This document shows positions 42,232 through 52,228 of a stretch of 64,000 nucleotides of DNA, in pieces (the stretch's first letter is position 1; every line of letters begins with the position of its first letter). The stretch is from Azolla caroliniana. Taxonomy: Eukaryota > Plantae > Polypodiophyta. The DNA lies in contig JBHGNT010000007.1 of assembly GCA_043228905.1 (NCBI GenBank), positions 1,488,001 to 1,552,000 of the forward strand, given 5' to 3'. The notes beneath the pieces are model-generated. The model worked only from the letters and a program-made list of their open reading frames with translations. It was not told the origin of the DNA and made no database searches. Position numbers and translations under genes: made by a program.

Positions 42232-42950
42232 CATGAATTTGCAATTGTTGTTGGTGATCTAAACCAGATTTTTGCGGAGGGAGAGCAATTGCATTTCATT
42301 CATTGTGACTTCTAAAAGTTTGGAAAAAGAAAGTCACAAAGTTTTAGTAGTGTTTGGGAGAGTTGTTAGTCAAGCACTCGATCTAACTTGGTATTGGTAT
42401 ACTGGCAGGCCTTCATTCTATTGTGCATTTAAACTCAAATGTTCTTACAGACAGAGATGTTTAGATGCCAAAAGTTTTGATGCCCATGAAAGATTTGAGA
42501 GAATCTTTGACGGATTTAAGTGAATTGCCAAAGTTAACAGAGATTGAACCAAAGAGTAGTAAACAAATTGAATTTTGTACAAAAGGAGGGTCAAAATGAT
42601 GGCAAGGATAGAAAGGAACCAAGATATCATAGTGGGGTTTTTGAGAAAAATACTGTATTGATAGCTTCGATTGGAAAAATGTTGCTCAATATGCTTATGG
42701 CTTGGCTGCCTTAGGTCATCAATTATTCTCCTTGGGCCTATCAAATATTCCCAAGGTTGATCCACACAACAGTATAGCATATGCTCTAATGTATATGTAT
42801 CAAAATATGGGAGATGCATTGGCAATACGATATGGTGGAGCTGTTGCTCATAATATTGTTTTTCTTTAGAGGTATGGAAGGGAAACCCTCACTTTGGGAG
42901 TTGGATTCTAATTATTCTTTACACATTGGGAGTACTGGTGATGATTCACA
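42232..42950 (+). pseudogene. Intronless fragment of a SAC1/FIG4-type phosphoinositide phosphatase
   Basis: Reads HEFAIVVGDLNQIFAEGEQLHFIHCDF*KFGK, VVSQALDLT, SGVLR-YCIDSFDWKNVAQYAYGLAALGHQL (decayed RTNCIDCLDRTN motif), ALMYMYQNMGDALAIRYGGAVAHN and EGKPSLWELDSNYSLHI. It has stops, frameshifts and an internal deletion. Confidence 0.85.
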
Positions 42951-43560
42951 TACATATGATGCTTGGTATAAGAAGTTGCTTTCAAGTGTGGACTTAACTA
43001 AGGACTTCTTTTTAGCTGCACATACCTAATTATGCAAAGCTTACAAAGGAATATGCTTGTTGATGAGGCTGAGAGGATGCCATATGAAAACATGTTTGTT
43101 TGGAATTATTTTGTATCTTGTAGTTGGATATGTTTTTTTTAAAAACTAATGGAAGTATATTTTGTTTTAACAAAAAGAGGAAGAGCCGAATTAGAGTTAA
43201 ACAGGATCCCGGTTTTGTAAGGGGTAAAATCAAGAGAAATACTGAAAAATCTTCACCTATCTTCTCTTAGTAACTAGGGGAGGCATCCTCTCTCTTCCAC
43301 AAAATGACATTCTAAAGCTTTGTACCTTGACTTTGATTTCCTCCTTTTAACTTCACTATTTTTGTATTGAAATTTATTTTTACCCTTCTATTTTCAATAA
43401 CCAAGGTGTTGGACTATGCCAATGCCCCTTGATTCCCCTTGTATCCAAAGTCACCTCTCTTTATTTAGAACAACATTCTTCACATAGTTCCATTTTTACA
43501 ATTCCATTAAGAACCACATTTGTCAAACATACTTTAAAAGTTTCCCTCAAATTAGGAAGC

Positions 43561-44125
43561 GTGTTTATAAGAAACTAAAGTGCAAGCATTTCGTCATCAA
43601 ATTTCACTCTCATGCCAAAAAATTGATCAAACTGTCCTTAAAAATCAATCAAGTGATCATAAATAGAATTAGTTACATTGTTTATTAATCAAATGCATGG
43701 ATTGGTTAGGCAGTAATAGTTTATCAATACCTATTTTAGTTGTGCTTGTAAAGATTCAAGTTTATTCCAAAATGTTTTAGCATCCATTTCATTTACAATA
43801 TGATTTAGAATGTATCCATGTATGTGGGTGTGAATATAAGTGTTTATAAGAAAGTAAAGTTCAAGCATTTCGTCATCAAATTTCACTCTTATGCCAAACA
43901 ATTGATCAAACCGTCCTTAAAAATCAATCAAGTGATCATAAATAGAATTAGTTACATTGTTTATTAATCAAATGCATGGATTGGTTAGCTAATAATAGTT
44001 TATCAATACCTATTTTAGTTGTGCTTGTAAAGATTCAAGTTTATTCTAAAATGTTTTAGCATCCATTTCATTTACAATATGATTTAGAATGTATCCATGT
44101 ATGTATGTGGGTGTGAATATAAGTG
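43561..44125. repeat. 279-bp tandem duplication
   Basis: gtgtttataagaaa(c/g)taaagt... occurs at 43561 and 43840 with high identity throughout. Confidence 0.92.
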
Positions 44126-44296
44126 TCACTCTTCAAACTACGAAAGAAGAAAATAATATTTTGGTACCCATGGCCCATTCACATATATAATGACTGGGTA
44201 GTTGGGCTGCATATTAGCCAAATCATCCATATTTAGTGTGTTATTCAAGAGTCATTGATGGTCTTCGTTGCTCCAAAATAAATGGGAGCTTAAATG

Positions 44297-44583
44297 TCTT
44301 GTCCGGAACTGGACGTTCCTTATGCGCAACGCTCGGCCACAACCGAGCTTAGATTGACACACAGAAAACGGGAAATAGAACACGACACAGAAGAAGAGGA
44401 AGATACACACACACTACACAGGAGGTTTACGTGGAAAACCCCAAACTAGGGGGAAAAACCACGGCAGCCCACAGGCTGCAAACTGTCACTATGTAAGAAT
44501 GTACAAACAGTGAGTTCACGGAGGCAACGACCTCGTGCTCACGATCTTCGCCACAGGCGGCGGTTACAACAGAGGCAACAACC

Positions 44584-44614
<31 letters not shown>

Positions 44615-45032
44615 GTACAGTTACACGCTCTCCCTTCTTCTTGCACCAACAAGGAAGAATGACAACTACTACCATTAGTTTGCCCTAAGTCATATTTATA
44701 CTAATATGACTTTTCGGCTATTTACAAATATAGCCACAATGGGCTCTCAGAAACATATTTACGAATATGTCTCTTCCTTCGGTTCATACCGGGTCTGCAC
44801 CATCCGGCTCTCCGTAGCCGGGTACTCCTCATCCGGTTCATAGCGGGCCTACACCATCCGGCTCTCCATAGCCGGGTACTCCTCATCCGGTTCATACCGG
44901 GCCTGCACCATCCGGCTCTCCGTAGCCAGGTCCACCTCATACGGATTTGGCCTCGGCCTATCGGCCTCAGCCGAGTTTGTTTGTCGGCACTGTTCTTCTC
45001 CCTTCCCATCCGGAGGGACCTGTCTCCCAACA
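44297..45032 (-). mobile_element. Solo LTR (copia-like), 736 bp
   Basis: Perfect 5-bp TSD AAATG at 44292-96 and 45033-37. The minus strand starts TGTTGGGAG and ends TTCCGGACAAGA (CA mutated to GA). It carries the copia-type U5 motif CCGTGGTTTTTCCC...GGGTTTTCCACGTAAA, a TATAAAT near 44700 and an SSR. Confidence 0.82.
44781..44942. repeat. Three 54-bp GC-rich tandem repeats in the U3 of the solo LTR
   Basis: ggttcata... starts at 44781, 44835 and 44889. Confidence 0.92.
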
Positions 45033-47080
45033 AAATGTACGTTTGTCACCCAAATTCGAAACCCTTAACCCTAATTGTAGTGTAGCACATAGGTATAAAT
45101 TATAATTTTAGTATTAAAAATAATAATTTTTATAAGGTTATTGCTCTTAAGTACATGAAAGTTGCAACACAATCATGCATTATCTCATATTGTTTTTTAA
45201 GAACTAGAACTTCCCAACATTCTTGGTTCGGCATTTTTGTTTTCAACACATTCTTTGCTTGTAATAAAATTTTTAAGATTTTGTAAAATTTACCAAAATT
45301 TCCAATAACATAAAACAATGTAAAAAGTTTCTGTGCTCATCATAAGAGAGTTTCAGGCTTGATGACAAAGTGACAGGTAATGCATTATATAAATGTCAAA
45401 ATTACCCATTATGTTGTTGTCTATAAGATATTGTTTATGTGCGTGGACAATTAATTGAATGAATTCTGGCCATGAAAGACCCCCAATGAAACTATCAAAC
45501 AAAATCTATTGGTGGGGTATACTAAGCTTTAAGATCTCCACTATCTTTGTGGTGTTTGGGACCATTAACCATAGATCATTTAGGCTAGGGCATTGAATGT
45601 TTGTCACTCAAAAGAGGGTATGCAAAGAGTCTAAAGACAAGATCTTGGTTACACATTGTTCCACGTATGCAAAATGAGAAATATTAAACCTAATATATAT
45701 ATACATGTGTTAACAAAGTGTGTGGAGAGTCACAACCACAAAATGATGTCTCAATTCAAAATGTGTGCCTTGTGAGAACCATTGTAATGCATTAAAGTAT
45801 GCAATGCTAAATCCAATAGTTATAGACCAATTGAAACAATAGGTGGTGTAGCACTCCTTTCAAACTCTCTTTTCACCCTTCACGCATGGAAAAGAAACTT
45901 GGTCCATCAACAAAAGGTTGAAACTTGGCCATTCAATAAAGAAGGTTTCCTCAACCATGCTCTTTGTGTCGTAGTTGGGTCCTATCTACAATATATACAT
46001 GACATGTATGTGAAAAGGAAACTAGATAGACTTTAGTGGCAAAACAAAATTCCTCACATGTATTTGAATATGTGGCAATATGATACCTAGGGACCCAATC
46101 AAATTTGGAATTGAAAGCAAAGGAAAGAAAGAATCTAATTGGATTCTCCAATTGTGAGTCATGTCACATTAGACAATGGTGTGGGAAAGGTGGGGGATGA
46201 ATATGAGCCAAAGGTTTTAGAGAATTTAATGCGAGAGAGAACCGGATGATCAATTTGAGCCACAAGTTTGCTAATCGTGCGCATGGCGGGGCACATACTC
46301 TAGACTCCCCAAGCATGGTGGACTGTGGGAATGGGACGTGGACAAGTGTCGAAAAGCCAATGCTAGCAATGGACGAATATTCGGGCCGAATCATGAGGTA
46401 GGATTTTCAGTGGATCATAGTTAATATGTATACATTACACATAGATAAGATAGGTTCACACGCACGCACACACCCACCCATGTGTGTGTATTGGATGAGA
46501 ACATCTTTTGAGGTCATACTTATTGGATGGATTAAAAGGTGGTGGGTGGTGCATGGAGGCTCTCTAAGCTACTAGTGTGAAAAGGTGCATGGGAGAAGAA
46601 GGGAGGGGGGGGAGGGGCCAACTCCAAGTGTGTGAAAAGGTGCATGGAGGAGAGCCCTTCATCATCCAATTCCAATTCAATCCATTCTTCTAAGTTCTCA
46701 CCCATTTCCAATTCCAATTCCAATTGTGTGCATGATTTTGCTATTTCACATTTTTATACATATTATAAATAGGTACATATATATACATACACACACTACT
46801 TGCTAGTGGTACTAGCCTTACAATTATAGGACTCATATAGAAAGATCCAATTAGAGTACATTAGGGAGTGATTAGAGAAGAGTCATTATTTAAGTAGTGT
46901 CATTAGAGAGTCATTAGAGGGATTAGAGAGCCATTAGAGAGCCATTAGAGGGACCCTAGGGCCATTAGCCAGATCCTTAGCACATTAGAGAGCCTGTAGA
47001 GAGACCATCATATATATATACACACACACACACACAATACTTAGAATTTGACTATATGTGTTGATTTTCTGTGTGTATAT

Positions 47081-48562
47081 ATGGCCCCTGCAGCAGCTAA
47101 TTACAGCAGTATGGTGCAAAAGATGAATCCTTCTAAGAATATGCAGAGGAATAAGGCGCATCATAAGAAGAATATGTCAAGTACAAGCTGTGGTACTCTT
47201 CATCATCATGAATCAAAGCATATCATGAAGTATCACCACCACCATCATCATCATCATAATAGTGGTAACAATATGGTTATGTTGATTCTTAATCCTAGCC
47301 CTGTGTTATTGGATCACGGAGGCGGAGGCGTCTGCGAGATAGAAAACATGGTTAACACCAGTAATCACGACAATACATTAGGTTCTGGAGGAGGAGGAGG
47401 ACTCGTTCATCCTGATCGGAAGCTAATTAAGGTTAGGGTTACTGAGAATCCATCATCAACTAATCCGTTAATGGATGAGAAGAAGCTGAATAGGGTTAAC
47501 CACAAAAACCCTAGGTCTACTTCCAGTGGATTGTTACTGTATGCAAAGCCATACCCTAGTAGTAGGAAACTTGGGATCTTTGGTACAGTCAGCCAATCCC
47601 GGGTGGATCTCATAGAGTTGAGCCATGCCAAGGTTTCACCTGTCTCTCCCGGAGGCGATTTTAGGGTTTCAGAAAAAGCTGGAGAATCTGATGAGGATGA
47701 GGATGATGATGATGATGATGATGGTAATGGCGACGATGATGATACACCATGCGGCCCTGAAGGGAATCTGGAGAAGGTAGAGAAGACGAGTGCCTCTGAT
47801 GATGGTGATGTGGAAATTCCTCCTCCTGCTCCCCTGCAGGAGCCGTTAGGGAAGTGGTGCTCCCGCAAGGCGGGCGTGGTGGAAGGAATTAGGGTTTCGG
47901 ATGGCGATGGCGGGCATGCAACAGATCGGCCATGTGAGGAGGAAGAGGAAATTAGGGTTTGTGGTGCAAGCCGGGGTGCGGCGGGGAAGTGGTCGTGGAT
48001 GTCTGAGAGCCGAAGCGGAGGTGCCAGGAGGCCGCCGGAATCGGAATCAGAATCAGAATCGGGATCGGGATCGGGGTCGGAATCGGAGACACGAGGGGCC
48101 CGGGAAGAAGAGGAGGAGGAATTAGGGTTAGGGTTAGGGTTAGGGTTAGGGGGATTGGATTTGGAGACCGAGGAGGAGTGCGAGTGCTGTGGAATGGTGG
48201 AGGAGTGTACGCGGGGTTATGTCCGGGAGACGCGGGGCGACATGGGCGGGCACTGGCTGTGCGGGTTGTGCACGGCGGCCGTACACGAGGAGTGGCAGCG
48301 GCTCGGGGGCCCGCGGGCCGTGCCCCTCCAATCCGCCCTATGCGCGCACATGCTCCCGTGCCGCCACTTCCGGAAACACGGCCGGCACCACGGCCCGGAA
48401 ACACGGGCCCCGGGCCCCGGGCCCGGCCGAGAGGCGGACGTCCCGGATGCCGTGTGCCGACTCCTACGTCGCCACCTCAGCGCGCCCGCCTTGGGCGGGC
48501 GCCACCCGTGCGCATCTCCGACCCTCCCTCGGACCTCCTCGACCCGCCTCCCTAATATATGA
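47081..48562 (+). CDS. DUF1677 family Cys-rich protein with long low-complexity N-terminal extension (intronless, about 493 aa)
   Basis: Uninterrupted ORF with first ATG at 47081. The C-terminal ECECCGMVEECTRGYVRETRGDMGGHWLCGLCTAAVHEE..AH..C..F matches the DUF1677 pattern. Upstream are poly-H, poly-D, poly-E, (ES)n, (GS)n and (LG)n tracts. The true start is uncertain. Confidence 0.85.
   Translation: MAPAAANYSSMVQKMNPSKNMQRNKAHHKKNMSSTSCGTLHHHESKHIMKYHHHHHHHHNSGNNMVMLILNPSPVLLDHGGGGVCEIENMVNTSNHDNTLGSGGGGGLVHPDRKLIKVRVTENPSSTNPLMDEKKLNRVNHKNPRSTSSGLLLYAKPYPSSRKLGIFGTVSQSRVDLIELSHAKVSPVSPGGDFRVSEKAGESDEDEDDDDDDDGNGDDDDTPCGPEGNLEKVEKTSASDDGDVEIPPPAPLQEPLGKWCSRKAGVVEGIRVSDGDGGHATDRPCEEEEEIRVCGASRGAAGKWSWMSESRSGGARRPPESESESESGSGSGSESETRGAREEEEEELGLGLGLGLGGLDLETEEECECCGMVEECTRGYVRETRGDMGGHWLCGLCTAAVHEEWQRLGGPRAVPLQSALCAHMLPCRHFRKHGRHHGPETRAPGPGPGREADVPDAVCRLLRRHLSAPALGGRHPCASPTLPRTSSTRLPNI
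48122..48151 (+). repeat. (TTAGGG)5 telomere-like repeat inside the coding sequence
   Basis: Five perfect TTAGGG units, translated in frame as LGLGLGLGLG. Confidence 0.95.
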
Positions 48563-50395
48563 AGCCTCCCTCGTCCGCAATTCTACCCCCGGCAATGGGC
48601 GACCGGACAATTCTCCCACCCGCCCGCCCAACCACACCATCTCCTCCTCCCATTCTTGCCCTTGTAATGGGTGCTTCTTTTCTCTTTCTCTCTATTAGTA
48701 GTTACTAGTAGTATAGTGAGTTCCATTATTGGGTGGTAGACTCTAGTGGGACAAAAACCAAACCCAATCCCTTTTTCTCTATATACATAATACTCATCTT
48801 TTGCTCCTCCTTCTTGTTGTTCCATCTTGTTAGATGAGGTCGGATTATAATTGCCACATACAATCCCTTCCTTCCTTCCTTCTTTGCCTTATGCTTTTCC
48901 CAAAATGAGCAATTAGAAAAAAAAAAGTTTCCCAATTTAGCAATAAAATCTTTCGATTGCTCCTTAGGATGGATATGTTCCTCCTGTCTAGGATGTTTTC
49001 CTTTTCCTTTTCCTTTTCTAGGACATTATATTATACATGTCCGGTGGTGTTTTTTTTTTTTTTCTTCTTCTTTTTTTCTTTTTTATGGAATCATCCTTGG
49101 GCTAAAAGAAAGGGGGTGTCCCATCCAATTCTAGACCATTCAATGATTTCTATTGAGACTAAAATCTTATCCACTATTTTGTCCAATGTTACAATATAAT
49201 GTCACAAAATTATACACATGAAAACGCACACACCGCATTGAGCAATGATCCTTGTTATGTACCCCATTAATGTTGTTCAAGGATTTCATTCATATTTTGC
49301 CTAGATCTTTGATATTTGTATTTCAATTGTCATGACTTGTGATTCCATGTGAAGATTCGACCCCACGTTCACGTTCCGTGTTGAGATACTGAGTGGCATT
49401 GAACACATGAACTTGACATTCACGTCCTCGTTTAAAACTGAGTTAGATTGAATGCATGGACATGTAATATGATTGCCCTTACATCGCTTAAGGATCAAAA
49501 TGGAGACCTTGAGCTTATCATGGAAGAAAGTGCTTCAATTCCTACAAGGGATAAATAACATTGTTGCTCGCATGTGTATTCTCCTTCATATGAAGCTTAA
49601 ATAAAAAAATTACTTTTATTAATGCTTGGAAGTTAGTTCATTGCATGTGATTATCTCTTGATCATGAAGGAAACGCATGTAACAAGTATATGAAAACAAA
49701 TATGTTGAAATTAAAATTGTATTTGTTTCCATGGGAGACCAATACAATCTATGTAAAGACAAAGCCCAAGTCCTTGGATGACATTTGAAATGAGGCCAAG
49801 TCCATGGTTTCATTTGCACTTTTGCTCTTCGAAATTTTCTACTTCAACGCTATAATGTATAATCACCAAGCTAAGATAGATCGATTTTATTATTGTCTTT
49901 GTAGATAAAATAATGACCTATGGATACATTGTATAACCACCACCAAGCAAAGATAGTTAGATATTATTATCATCTTTGTGATTAAGTACGATAGATATAA
50001 GAACCAAACTAATGTGTGTATGGGATATAAAAGGCGACATAAATGGCAAGTGAGATTGATTGCCTATGGGACCCAATAGAGAAAGAGATGGGGGTGCGGG
50101 GTGTTTCAATATGATTTCCTAACTCTTTTATGTTAAGACAAGGGAATCACTTTTTACATCATACTTTTTCAACATGTGAGACCCAAAAGCATATTTTTGT
50201 AATTTTATGTATTCGCAAATCTTGTGTAAATATTTTTGTTCACAAATCTATGGGGGCAGTGGTCTCATACCAATGGCTGTCTATAAACTATTTGAAATAT
50301 CACAATTGGTTCTCCATAATTTTCAGTTCCATTATGAATGCATTTCCTACCCATTTTGTGTAGTCCCTAAAAAGTTTTGTGAAGGTAAATGAAAT

Positions 50396-50820
50396 TGTTA
50401 AGTAATTAGGTAATTAACTAGGGTTAATTAGAGACTAATTATATGGTTACGTTAAGCAGCAGAAGATTAATATGATATGCGCGTGAGAGTGTGTGAGAGG
50501 AAGTTACACTTATGAACACAAAGATAAATGGGGGATGATTGACTATATTGAAAAGTGTCATCAACATTCAAAAATACCCACAATGAGGTATATATACAAC
50601 CCATGTGCAAAGGTGCACATGTGTGGGTAGAACATAGGTACTTATGTGTAAGTCCTACATTAAATGTAGTAAGGAGTGGAGGATCTAGAATATCCCACTT
50701 AAGTACAAGGTCCTATTTAAAGGCCTAAGGTCAACCCATTAACTAGATTCGATCTAGGTAACTACTAAGTTACATGTGTTGACTAACTAGATTAAACTAG
50801 TTGAGCTTGATATCTCAACA
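50396..50820 (-). mobile_element. Solo LTR (425 bp) related to the LTRs of the full-length copia element
   Basis: Perfect TSD GAAAT at 50391-95 and 50821-25; termini TGTTAAG...CTCAACA. The minus-strand start TGTTGAGATATCAAGCTCAACTAG resembles the copia LTR start TGTTGAGAATCAAGCTCAACCTAG. Confidence 0.85.
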
Positions 50821-52192
50821 GAAATATTTGATATGTTTACTAGGCCATAGAGAGATTTTCATAAAAATATTCATGGAAACACAAGCCCATAATCCAACCC
50901 TACCTTCTTAGGTTGAGTTTAATATATCTGAGAAAGAGAAAAACCCATGCATAAGAAGAGCACGAGGTGTTGCAATGATCTCGCAATGTGACCATACCAT
51001 TGAGTTATGCGAACCTTATGAATGTACTACGCCATATGTGCACATACCAATGTATTTATTGTACATATTTTCCAACCAATGCTAGAGTGGCTATTTACAT
51101 TACATAAAACTAACTTTTCTTGAAAGTAGACATTAATAATTATGCCATTGGATTATTTATTCATTTCTCTCACGAATGAATTTCCTTGGAAGCCGCACAC
51201 ATGTCATCATTGCAATCATGGGCCTAACATTGAACCCAATGTTAGTTTTTTAGTAAAAAAAACATTGAACCCAATGCCTTCATTGGGACAACTATAATGA
51301 GATTAATGGGCTCAATCTTCCACATTTGCCTATGTTTATGGAGTTAGAAAATATGTTCCATAGGGAACTCTATTAAGAACTGAGATGATTCAAAAATCCT
51401 ATACTTGAATACAAAAAAATGGTGTAAGTGAACTAGAACATCAAATTCGAAATTGTAACAATTGTGAATTTTGCAATATAATTTATATATTAAGATGCAA
51501 TCTAGATGCTCATTAATAAATAGTATTAAAATGGTTGCAAAGGAGGTCGTTACTAGTGATTGAGTGGGTGTAAGTGAACACATGATCCATTAAGTGTCTG
51601 AGAAAGGCACATGATCCATCATTCACAAGTGTTTAAACAAGGCACTCAATCCTAAGAGTCTCGAGATGAGTCACCTAGTCAATAATGTGTAATCAAGGGA
51701 CTCAATAATCAGGCGTCCAAACAATATGACATTCAACCCCTAGATTGTCAAACACATCAACCTTCAACCTAAAGAGTTCGAGAAGGCATCCACATGAGAC
51801 GCATAATGCTCCGAGGGTTGTTATTGTAGGAAGGTTGTATTAAAATACTAGAAGGCATGAACGTTTAGATAAGGAATGATGAGTGGTCAAGCTATATATA
51901 CTTGGGCATAAAAGCTAAGAAGGGAGTAGTGGGCACTATAATTTCACCCTAACAAAAAATGGATGGGCATGTGGATTGTGGGTTGTGGATTGTTCATATG
52001 TCATAACAAGTGTGCAAGGGCATAAGTGCACAAGTGCACACATGCACACACGCCGCATAGAATGAAAGTGAAGAAGTAACTAAGTACTTGCACAAGGGCA
52101 TGCATACTTGTACAAAATTGGATGTGTGTGCGAGCGCACACACACACACACAATGTGTACGTTAAATAACATAAGGGCTATTTTTGTCACTA

Positions 52193-52228
<36 letters not shown>

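Noticed and set aside
44722-45049. ORFs with 18-aa repeats (RMRSTRLWRAGWCRP...)
   Set aside because: They are a by-product of the 54-bp tandem repeat within a solo LTR.
47407-48698. Overlapping antisense and alternative-frame ORFs in the DUF1677 gene
   Set aside because: Expected from high GC content and stop-codon scarcity; no recognisable domains.
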